Shown: positions 29,769-37,581 of the stretch, one piece after another
How positions within the stretch are numbered: the first letter of the stretch is position 1
Layout: every line of letters starts with the position of its first letter
Source: Nitrospiraceae bacterium
GTDB lineage: Bacteria; Nitrospirota; Nitrospiria; Nitrospirales; Nitrospiraceae
Length of the DNA stretch: 64,000 nucleotides
Direction of reading: 5' to 3'
Assembly: GCA_050246315.1 (NCBI GenBank)
Contig: JBFWWG010000006.1
Location: 155,002-219,001, forward strand
Made by a program: the position numbers and the translations under genes
The notes under the pieces: model-generated
What the model was told of the DNA's origin: nothing
Databases searched by the model: none
The model's input: only the letters and a program-made list of their open reading frames with translations

Positions 29769-31279
29769 GCGGAGCGGCGCAATCGGGCCGCGAAAAAGCC
29801 GTCCATGTTGAATGCGTTCACGGCTGAGCAGAATTCGCCGCGTGCGCTGACTAACGACTGGGCAACGGGAGGAAGCTCCGGCGCCACCGACTCTCGCACA
29901 AACTCCGGATGCGCCTCGGAAAAGCGGTCGATCACCTGGGTGGTTTCTTCTGGCTCAGTCGAGCAGGTACTATAGACGATCACGCCGCCGGGTCGCAAGA
30001 GACGGCTGGTCCGATCCAAGAGGTCGAGCTGGGCCGAGTGTGCCTCTATAAGATTGGCAACGGTCTTCTGCCACTTCGCTTCGGGGTGCCGACGCAGCAC
30101 ACCGAAGGCGCTGCAGGGCGCATCGAGCAGAATTCGATCGAACGGTTGCTGCAGGTCCGTCGTAAACTCGGCCCGAGGCTGTGTTCGCGTGGCCGGTTGA
30201 CGTGTCTGTTCATGTAATTGATCTGGGTGCGACAGCGTCGCAAGGTCATGGACGAACGACTTCACGTTGGTCGCGCCCAATCGCAGCAGGTTGTCCCTCA
30301 GAAGCCGTAATCGAGACAGGCTGCGATCCAGAGCGATGATCTCTCCTTGGTTTTGCATCAGCGCAGCCAGATGCGTCGCCTTGCCACCCGGTGCCGCGCA
30401 GGCGTCCAGGATTCGCTCTCCCGGCCTCGGGCTAGCCACGAGCGGGATCAACTGGGCCGCCTCATCCTCTACGTAGAATCCTCCTTCACGGAACAGAGGA
30501 AACTCGACGGGGCTCCCGCCTCCCTCAACGACAATTCCATCCGGGCTGACATCCGTCGGCCAGGCCACGATACCGGCCTCTTGGAAGGCAGCAAGCAGGT
30601 CGGCCCGCTGGAACCGAATCGTATTGACGCGGAGCGTCAGCGGAGGTGCTGAGGCCACCTGCCGACACAGGGTTTCGGCCTCTTCAGTGCCAAGACGCGC
30701 GATCCACCGCGCGACCAGCCAGGACGGACAGGAATAGCGGAGGCTCAACGCTTCGATGGGATCGATCTGCGGATCGGATGAAGGATCGGGCAGCGATACA
30801 TCGGGAGCCCGCAGCAAGGCCCGAAGCACGGCATTGACGAATCCCGTCCAGTGAGGGCGGTTATGGAGGCGAGTGTCGCGAACCAACTCCACCGTCTCAT
30901 GGACAGCCGCGCGAGGCGGTATTTTGGTCAGAAGCAGGATCTGATAGGCGCCGAGCCGCAGAATCCATCGAATCGGAGGAGGCAGCCGCTCAATGGAACG
31001 ATCGGCCACCTGATTGACCCGCCAATCGAGCAGGCTCCGCTGCCGCAACACACCATAAACCAGTTCCAGCACCAGGGCCCGGTCCCGCTGATCCAACGAC
31101 GCGGCGGCGCTCGCGCGATCGAGTTCGTCCTCGGCATGAAGTCGCCGATCCTCCACCGCGCCGAGCACGTCCAGCGCCACTGCCCTGGCGCCCTTGCGCC
31201 GGAGTCTCTCTGTCACGATTCGTTCAGAACGCTTCACGAGCGGCACTTCACGATGCGCCTTGGTGGATGGGTTCATCAT
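29765..31279 (-). CDS. rsmB: 16S rRNA m5C967 methyltransferase
   Basis: NusB-like N-terminus, DACAAPGGK, DAPCS, YSTCS. Confidence 0.93.
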   Translation of the reverse strand: MMNPSTKAHREVPLVKRSERIVTERLRRKGARAVALDVLGAVEDRRLHAEDELDRASAAASLDQRDRALVLELVYGVLRQRSLLDWRVNQVADRSIERLPPPIRWILRLGAYQILLLTKIPPRAAVHETVELVRDTRLHNRPHWTGFVNAVLRALLRAPDVSLPDPSSDPQIDPIEALSLRYSCPSWLVARWIARLGTEEAETLCRQVASAPPLTLRVNTIRFQRADLLAAFQEAGIVAWPTDVSPDGIVVEGGGSPVEFPLFREGGFYVEDEAAQLIPLVASPRPGERILDACAAPGGKATHLAALMQNQGEIIALDRSLSRLRLLRDNLLRLGATNVKSFVHDLATLSHPDQLHEQTRQPATRTQPRAEFTTDLQQPFDRILLDAPCSAFGVLRRHPEAKWQKTVANLIEAHSAQLDLLDRTSRLLRPGGVIVYSTCSTEPEETTQVIDRFSEAHPEFVRESVAPELPPVAQSLVSARGEFCSAVNAFNMDGFFAARLRRSA

Positions 31280-32238
31280 TCTGCTGCCGGAAGAGAACCC
31301 AGCACCAGGCCGGGAGTAATCGCATGACCGGCCAAATACTGAGCGACAGTCATGCGCCGGCCCCCGGCCGGCTGGAGGGCTGTGATGGCAAGCATGCCCT
31401 GTCCCGTGGCCACCAGCAATTGGCCCTTTTCCACCTTGATGATGGTACCGGGCTGGCCGGAAGAGTCGGCCGTCTCTGAGGCATGGGCATCCCAGATATT
31501 CCATCGCTCCACATGATCATGATGCTGGACAAAGGCGTAGGCGCCGGGCCAGGGGGTCAACCCACGCACGCGATTGGACAGGGCTGAGGCACTGAGGTTC
31601 CAGTCGATCAACCCATGTTCCTTTTTGAGGATCGGAGCCAGCGTGGCCTGACTGTGGTCTTGGACAATTGGATGCAGATGCCCGGCTTTAAGTTGCCGCA
31701 GGGTTTCGATCAGCAGCCTGGCTCCCACTTGCGCAAGCTTGACCCCGACCGAGCCGCCCGTATCGTCCGGCTCGATTGGAATGGCTTCCCGTAACAGCAT
31801 CGCGCCGGTATCCATGCCCTCGTCCATCAACATGGTCGTGATGCCGGTCTCCCGCTCTCCGTTGATGACGGCCCATTGAATTGGAGCAGCACCACGATAC
31901 TTGGGCAACAGAGACCCGTGGACGTTGATGCAGCCCCGAGGCGGCAATGACAAAATAGACGGAGGAAGGATTCGCCCGAATGCCGCCACAGCTATGACGT
32001 CCGGCTGCCAGGCTTGGAGCGCAGAGAGAAAGCCGGGGTCTTTCATTTTGGTCGGTTGCAGGACAGGAATCCCCGACCGCGTGGCCAGTTGTTTGACGGG
32101 CGGGGCCGTTAATTCCTGGCCCCGTCCCTTCGGCCGGTCGGGTTGCGTGACGACGCCGACCACCTGATCCTCCGAGCGCAGCAGCGCCTCCAGGGAAGGG
32201 ACCGCAAACTCCGGTGTGCCCATGAAGATGATCCGCAT
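31276..32238 (-). CDS. fmt: Methionyl-tRNA formyltransferase
   Basis: FMGTPEFA, TQPDRPKGRG, NVHGSLLPKYRGAAPIQ. Confidence 0.97.
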   Translation of the reverse strand: MRIIFMGTPEFAVPSLEALLRSEDQVVGVVTQPDRPKGRGQELTAPPVKQLATRSGIPVLQPTKMKDPGFLSALQAWQPDVIAVAAFGRILPPSILSLPPRGCINVHGSLLPKYRGAAPIQWAVINGERETGITTMLMDEGMDTGAMLLREAIPIEPDDTGGSVGVKLAQVGARLLIETLRQLKAGHLHPIVQDHSQATLAPILKKEHGLIDWNLSASALSNRVRGLTPWPGAYAFVQHHDHVERWNIWDAHASETADSSGQPGTIIKVEKGQLLVATGQGMLAITALQPAGGRRMTVAQYLAGHAITPGLVLGSLPAAE

Positions 32239-32326
32239 GAATGCGTGTTACCATTCTTCACCGATGCGGCGCAACTTTCCTGCGCGACATCTTGTATTCG
32301 GTCAAACCGTTCTGTTAGCATCCGCC

Positions 32327-32706
32327 TGCGGGGTGGAGCAGCTTGGTAGCTCGTTGGGCTCATTCCGCAGGATCTCCATGAGCACGACCCCCATGGGTCA
32401 TGGTTCCGCCGCTTATCGGAACGCATGGCATCTGATCCTGCAAAGGGCTGCGCAGGGGGAAACCTCTGCGAGATCACCTGTCAAAGTCGGGGAAGCCGTT
32501 GGCGGGGTAACCCCGAGCCAAGCTCAAGTGGCCATACCGGTCCTTGAGAAGGTGTAGAGACTTGATGGCAGGCACCCTCCCGGTGGCGCGAGCCAGCCGA
32601 GGGTGAAGGGAAAGTCCAGACCACGAACTGGTCCAACCAGGCAGCGAAAGCTGTAGCGGTACGCATAACCCAAAGGTCGAAGGTTCAAATCCTTCCCCCG
32701 CAACCA
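32327..32706 (+). tRNA. Initiator tRNA-fMet(CAT), exons 32327-32360 and 32664-32706
   Basis: Joined exons give TGCGGGGTGGAGCAGCTTGGTAGCTCGTTGGGCT^CATAACCCAAAGGTCGAAGGTTCAAATCCTTCCCCCGCAACCA; three G-C pairs in the anticodon stem and an A11:U24 pair. Confidence 0.93.
32361..32663 (+). ncRNA. Group I self-splicing intron (IC3-like, 303 nt)
   Basis: Follows U33 and ends in G; core blocks GTCAAAGTCGGGGAAGCC, GGTAACCCCGAGCCAAGC, GAAGGTGTAGAGACTTGA and GGTGAAGGGAAAGTCCA resemble the Azoarcus tRNA intron; GAAA tetraloops in P2 and P9. Confidence 0.93.
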
Positions 32707-32722
32707 ATTTGATTCCGCAGTG

Positions 32723-32766
32723 AGCAAACGGGCTATCTGGTGACGCCAGATAGCCCGTTTGCTTTT
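32723..32766 (+). terminator. Intrinsic terminator after tRNA-fMet
   Basis: 18-bp perfect inverted repeat AGCAAACGGGCTATCTGG/CCAGATAGCCCGTTTGCT plus T tract. Confidence 0.8.
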
Positions 32767-33059
32767 GGATTCTCAGTTGGCCGCCCACTTATCGATGCCT
32801 GAGTAGGAGCAATGTGTGATTGCAAGACCTGACCCCGTTTCCCGCGCCGTTTCCCGCGTTTCGTGATGCGTTGGTGTCGATGTGATGCATGAGGTCATGC
32901 TGTCGGCCACCGCCCCTGCAGCCTCGCATCTCACGCGTCATCGCTGCGCCGTCCGTTACTTCCACACTGCAACCAAACGGCTCTCGTAGGCCGCTGTCCG
33001 CCAAAAGCACCTCGGCTGAAAAGTTGAATGTCCCCTTTTTGCTTTCCTGATCTTGTCCG

Positions 33060-33338
33060 CTATTCTCCGTGCGCGATGACGCACTCGCGTCCCACCCCTT
33101 GAACCGTGTTCACTTGATACTCGACACTCCGAAGCTGGGTGATCCCGCCCTGGCGCATCGCCTTTCTCCCGGTCACGTCCGCCATGCCACCCACTCCGAA
33201 CACCTGATGCCGACAGTCCTGACCTTGTTTCGCATCGGCGATCAACGGATTGGTGTATCGTAATGGCCGGGTCTGAGACTCGCAGGCTGCAGTGCTGACG
33301 AGCAGTACCATCAAGATCAACATTCGTCCGCTGCTCAT
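33060..33338 (-). CDS. Small lipoprotein, TRL-like family
   Basis: Lipobox TAAC; K.G..C...FG....D.....A...GGIT....V.Y...C.I..G pattern; Shine-Dalgarno present. Confidence 0.65.
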   Translation of the reverse strand: MSSGRMLILMVLLVSTAACESQTRPLRYTNPLIADAKQGQDCRHQVFGVGGMADVTGRKAMRQGGITQLRSVEYQVNTVQGVGRECVIAHGE

Positions 33339-33398
33339 GGTCACCTCTCCTTCTCGTCGCGATGAGACAACGTCCTGTGACGCCACGAGGAGTCTTTC

Positions 33399-33671
33399 CT
33401 ACCGGCACATAATCGTCATTTTCTGAGACGGCCAATCTTCCAAGCCGCCTCGTTTCGACACGGTCTCGGCTCCCGACGCCAGGCGAATCGACTCGTATCC
33501 GGCCAAGCATAGGTCGTTGGCACGTTGTCGGCAATCGTCCATCGTGTGGAACCATCCGTTACAGCTCACCGATGCGATCAACTTTCCATTCGGTCCCATG
33601 AACTCCGTGCGTGGCGCTGCGATGCAGGACACGCTCGCGAGCCCAGCCAGAAGCAGTATGAACGATCGCAT
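33399..33671 (-). CDS. Small Cys-rich lipoprotein
   Basis: Lipobox-like SVSC; GPNG...C...C...A..LC..GY...C pattern; GAGGTG Shine-Dalgarno. Confidence 0.65.
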   Translation of the reverse strand: MRSFILLLAGLASVSCIAAPRTEFMGPNGKLIASVSCNGWFHTMDDCRQRANDLCLAGYESIRLASGAETVSKRGGLEDWPSQKMTIMCR

Positions 33672-33861
33672 ACGACACCTCTTTCTCTCCGGCGCATAGG
33701 GATGGTCCGATGGCTCTCCCTCAGGAACAACTACGCTTGGTTCCATCCTTTCGCGTCCTTTTCTTTCCCTTCCAGCTTAGTCTGGCGAAAAAAGTGGTCA
33801 CAGAGCGCCCGCCACCGTGAAGGTGTTCGTCGCGTTCCTTGTTGTCCGTCGTCATCGGTGC

Positions 33862-34551
33862 TCAGTCTTCCACGCCCACACCGATCACGATGAGAACCGC
33901 ATAGTCCTGCTTCGTGCAGCCCTCGACCGGAGGCATCGATCCCCCTGGCGCAACTGGAAACGCAGTCTGCTGCACGTTTGCCGGCGAGCACGAACCACCA
34001 CCCGCTGCCGGTGTATAGCGCGCGGAGCGACAGGCCAGGTGCGTCACATCATAGAGCGTCGCCCCTTTATCGAGATCCCAACGCCTGTCGCCGTTCTTGT
34101 CGGCGGGATGAATGGTCAGCACAGCCGTCACGTCGCGGGCGCCCGTGACCAGGTATTTGCCGGGAGGGAGCGGAAAGGTCGGCTGCTCCATAATCAAGCC
34201 GTGTTCCTCCAGCCACCAGTCCGTGCCGTCGAATTGCCACCGCGCCGGGGCGACGCCACCTGCATCCCTTAACCGTTTATAGCTGTTCAGCTCGACGCCC
34301 CGAGGACCCGGGTCCAGAGGCCACAGACCCCACGCCTGGGCGCCGCTCCCGGAAGTCGCACCTGGATTGCCCAACGCCGCGATGAACTGTGTCGAGATGC
34401 GCTGGAACTTCGTCTGCCCTCCGCCTGCGGCATGGGCTTGGCTTCGACTCTGATTGAATGAGGGGAGCACGAACGAACCGAGCAGAAAGAGCGCCAGGAT
34501 GAGCAGGAAAAACGTACACCGGGTAGAAGAACTTCCATCCTCTTCTGGCAT
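33862..34551 (-). CDS. Hypothetical exported protein
   Basis: Long ORF with an N-terminal hydrophobic helix and a Trp/Gly/Pro-rich conserved-looking core (WGLWPLDPGPRG, DWWLEEHG). Confidence 0.7.
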   Translation of the reverse strand: MPEEDGSSSTRCTFFLLILALFLLGSFVLPSFNQSRSQAHAAGGGQTKFQRISTQFIAALGNPGATSGSGAQAWGLWPLDPGPRGVELNSYKRLRDAGGVAPARWQFDGTDWWLEEHGLIMEQPTFPLPPGKYLVTGARDVTAVLTIHPADKNGDRRWDLDKGATLYDVTHLACRSARYTPAAGGGSCSPANVQQTAFPVAPGGSMPPVEGCTKQDYAVLIVIGVGVED

Positions 34552-34762
34552 CGTTGCTCCTGCGTCCCGTCTCCGATTTACGCGTGGGTTCCATACCAGG
34601 GCATAACACTTCGCAGGAAGGTCGATTTTAGGGTCCACGGTGTCGGATTCGCAACAGCGAGTCTAATCACCGAGCCGCAGAATAACCTTCGCCGCGGCCG
34701 ATACACGTTCAGCCCCATCGGACAAGACGTTGGATACAGGGCCGGTTCACCACGAGCCTTGG

Positions 34763-35224
34763 TCATAACCACCGACGAACCGAACGCTTGTACGCCGTAA
34801 AGGCATCCGGAAACTTGGCGCACAAGGCTCGTTCCTCGGGCACGATTTGAAATCGATTCATGTACAACGCGAAGAGGGGAAGGAATGCGAACGCCAGCAA
34901 ATTGGACAGATACATCGCCCACCCGGCAAGTACAAAGAGGAAGCCAAGGTACATCGGATTACGGGTGAAGCGGTAAATACCCGAGGTGACCATCGCCGTG
35001 GTCGCTTCCGGTGTCAGCGGATTGACCGTGGTCTTCGCCCGGCGAAACGCCAAGACGCCGGCCAAGGCGACCAGGAACCCCACGGTGAAACACATAAGGG
35101 CGAACGCCGCGCGCCATGGCAGGAAGAGGGTGAACGCAGAAGAGACGGAGGCGAGCCACATCGCAGCGGCGAATAGCACGACGAGCGCAAGCGGGGGGAC
35201 TTTTAATTCCAGCGCATTGAACAT
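34763..35224 (-). CDS. Isoprenylcysteine carboxyl methyltransferase/PEMT family membrane protein
   Basis: TTVNP, VTSGIYRFTRNPMYLG, QIVPEERAL, VRRW. Confidence 0.9.
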   Translation of the reverse strand: MFNALELKVPPLALVVLFAAAMWLASVSSAFTLFLPWRAAFALMCFTVGFLVALAGVLAFRRAKTTVNPLTPEATTAMVTSGIYRFTRNPMYLGFLFVLAGWAMYLSNLLAFAFLPLFALYMNRFQIVPEERALCAKFPDAFTAYKRSVRRWL

Positions 35225-35378
35225 AGAAGTCACGCGCGGATTGCGTTTCTATTCCGACCTGAGTCCGGAATGGATGAGGACCCGTATGTCCATCATCTCG
35301 TTGTCGCTGGTTCAGTGGTGGTTGGCGACCCTCCAAAATCGGTTTTCCGGCAGCCCGCTGGATCAGGTTCACTCTCCG

Positions 35379-35813
35379 TCAAGAACGGAGTCTGAACCTC
35401 CCGCTCTGTCTGGAACGGGTAAGGGCCATCACCCACAGCCCCAACACGACATCAATGCTCCCACAAAAGGTCGGCCACCAGATCGGGACGCCGGCGTTCT
35501 CGATGAGCATGTCATGCACAAGATCAAAGAGACCGTGTGCCACAATCCCAGCTCCCACGAGCAGGGGAAAGAAGAGAGCTCCCATTATCGCGACGGTTGC
35601 AAACCCGACGGCGTATACCAGTTCCCAGACCAAGGCGTGACTGGAACCGCCCAGAACCGCGAAGAGCACATAATAGGACGCGATGATGACGAGAACGGTG
35701 GAATAGAAGCTGCGTTTTTCATCGAAGCGTGTGAACTTGGCCAGTGCAGCGATCGCAATACCAAGGAGAACGCCAACAACAAGGGGCATCAGGTATCGCC
35801 TGTCGATGTCCAA
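35379..35813 (-). CDS. Hypothetical membrane protein
   Basis: Five hydrophobic segments; AHGLFD..H and P.WWP.FC...D motifs. Confidence 0.7.
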   Translation of the reverse strand: MDIDRRYLMPLVVGVLLGIAIAALAKFTRFDEKRSFYSTVLVIIASYYVLFAVLGGSSHALVWELVYAVGFATVAIMGALFFPLLVGAGIVAHGLFDLVHDMLIENAGVPIWWPTFCGSIDVVLGLWVMALTRSRQSGRFRLRS

Positions 35814-35873
35814 TGAGGAGTCGACTCATGTTACGTTTGTGATACGGACATGTCTATAGTGAGCGACGACTAC

Positions 35874-36074
35874 CAGGCTGTTGAAAAACCCTTCGAGTAC
35901 CCGTGAGAGCCGGCACAGCGAGGGATCACGGATGATTTCAGAACCACGTACAGGATGGTCAAAAAGGCCGTCCAGCGCGGCCGCAGTGAGCGAGGAGGCG
36001 AAGCGTACTCTTTTCCGTACGTTGAGCCTCTGAGCGACGCGAGAACAAAGCTGGCGGACTTTTTCAACATCCTG
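35874..36074 (+). mobile_element. MITE-like element (201 bp) with CTAC target duplication
   Basis: TIR CAGGCTGTTGAAAAA/TTTTTCAACATCCTG; CTAC at 35870-35873 and 36075-36078. Confidence 0.85.
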
Positions 36075-36155
36075 CTACGCATCGTGAGGCGCGAGACCGC
36101 TGGGGGAGTACCTCGGCCGCCCCGCGCCGCGAAATTCAGAATGTGCTCCTCTCCG

Positions 36156-36201
36156 CATGAGAACCCAACGATCGAAGTTCACATCCTTCCCCCGCAACCA
36201 A
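36156..36201 (+). repeat. Degenerate copy of tRNA-fMet exon 2 (att-like site)
   Basis: CAT..AACCCAA...TCGAAG-TTCACATCCTTCCCCCGCAACCA aligns with 32664-32706. Confidence 0.85.
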
Positions 36202-36254
36202 CCACTTCAAGCACTTAAGAACCCTCCTCATCGCTAAAGCTCGGTATTCCGTCG

Positions 36255-36294
36255 TTCAGAAACCGCTTGCGCTATCCAACTGAGCTACCGGCAT
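36255..36294 (-). pseudogene. tRNA 5'-half relic (tRNA-Arg-like)
   Basis: ATGCCGGTAGCTCAGTTGGATAGCGCAAGCGGTTTCTGAA resembles a D-arm plus anticodon 5' strand; no 3' half. Confidence 0.55.
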
Positions 36295-36354
36295 TTGCCT
36301 GTCTTCTGTTGTTTTCGTATGCTGGAGTCACTTGTCCTCAGAAAGGAGGGCTCC

Positions 36355-36900
36355 ATGATAAAGACACTGAGCCTTCTGAGCGCTTGTTTCATCTTTGCAA
36401 TCGCGGCCGGGCGTTCACAAGCCCAAGAGGCACCTGCTGCCTCCACAGCCGCACCAGAAGCTGCCGCGAAAGTGACTCCCGCGGACGGCCATGTCATTCA
36501 CGTCACGGCCCCGCACTTGATCGATGGAAAGGTACGGGGGCCATTCCATCACTATTGCAAGATCGTCTCTCCTGAGCCATTCATTGAATGCCTTCTCTAC
36601 GAGACGGAAGACAACCACGCGAGACTCATCGGTGTGGAGTACATAGTCGCCAAGACTGTGACTCGCGACGAGAAGGTCCTTCCCAAGAAGGCTTGGAAAA
36701 AGGTCTGGCATGATCATTCCGTGGAGGGTGTCATAGGGAACGTCAAGGTACTGGATATGTCTCCCGAAAAGGCCAAGGAATTCGCGGACACGGTGGCCAA
36801 GACCGACGGGCTCATCTTTTCCCTATGGCCCGAGGGCGCCAAATTGCCGACCGGGAAAGTCAGCATCGGCACGATGGTTGGGCATGCCGTACACGAATGA
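36355..36900 (+). CDS. Secreted DUF1264/OBAP-like protein
   Basis: Signal peptide; HHYC...ECLLY...ARLIGVEYIV...WHDH motifs; AGGAGG Shine-Dalgarno. Confidence 0.8.
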   Translation: MIKTLSLLSACFIFAIAAGRSQAQEAPAASTAAPEAAAKVTPADGHVIHVTAPHLIDGKVRGPFHHYCKIVSPEPFIECLLYETEDNHARLIGVEYIVAKTVTRDEKVLPKKAWKKVWHDHSVEGVIGNVKVLDMSPEKAKEFADTVAKTDGLIFSLWPEGAKLPTGKVSIGTMVGHAVHE

Positions 36901-36941
36901 CATGGAACCATACGAGCACCTTGGCTCCATCCCTCTCAACG

Positions 36942-37064
36942 GCACGTATCTTTGATAGAGAAGTCACGCTTCACACGTGCGGTCTCGACAAATATGGGCG
37001 GATGATAGCCGACGTGCTTCTACCAGACAGAACGCGGATCAATTAGGAGCTAGTCCAAGAGGGC
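36942..37064 (+). pseudogene. Thermonuclease (SNase-family) gene fragment
   Basis: ARIFDREVTLHTCGLDKYGRMIADVLLPDRTRIN*ELVQEG contains the DKYGR motif, has an in-frame stop and lacks both termini. Confidence 0.7.
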
Positions 37065-37581
37065 CAACGGCCTGCTTAACTCTTTTGACGGGCTCGGCGT
37101 ATCGGTGTCGAGCCCGGTTTATTTTTCCGCTAAGCTCTTTCACTGGACCGCCATCATCCGCGACATTTCACCACAAGGTGAGATTCAACTTTTCGGCTCT
37201 TCCCCATATTGGGTGGGTATAAAGGCGGATTCCGATAGCCTCGGCTGACGAAGCAGGGCCGTCTCGGGGCCGTGCCCTGATGCGTTGAGGTCGATGCCTT
37301 ATGCCATGTCGTATTGTTGGCCGCCGCGGCGACAGTCATCCGGCACCTGAGATGCCTCACCCCGCCAGGGCAGCGGCTCTCCGCTCGGCGCCCTTCCAGC
37401 CTCTCGCCTTCAGCATCATTGCTGCGCCGCCCATTACACCCACTCCGCGCAGTCAAAGGGCCTCCTGTAGTTGTGACAAAGCACCTAAATCTAAAAGTTG
37501 AATGTCCTCTCCTTGTTCCACCTAATCGGCCCTGCTTGGAATTTTACGCACAGTGCGATAGCATCTTTCCAGGAGAATAAA

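Larger units (their letters stand above)
32689..36201. mobile_element. Decayed tRNA-fMet-integrated island bounded by direct repeats
   Basis: ATCCTTCCCCCGCAACCAA is present at both 32689-32707 and 36183-36201; no intact integrase inside. Confidence 0.7.

Noticed and set aside
32361..32363. Intron insertion after the CAU anticodon (Azoarcus-type position)
   Set aside because: The intron would end in U rather than the required terminal G; insertion after U33 fits
32362..32663. Homing endonuclease gene or hammerhead ribozyme inside the intron
   Set aside because: No ORF of adequate length, and no CUGANGA/GAAA hammerhead core in the L1 insert
32835..32863. CRISPR repeat (GTTTCCCGCG)
   Set aside because: Only two adjacent 12-mers, no spacers and no cas genes in the window
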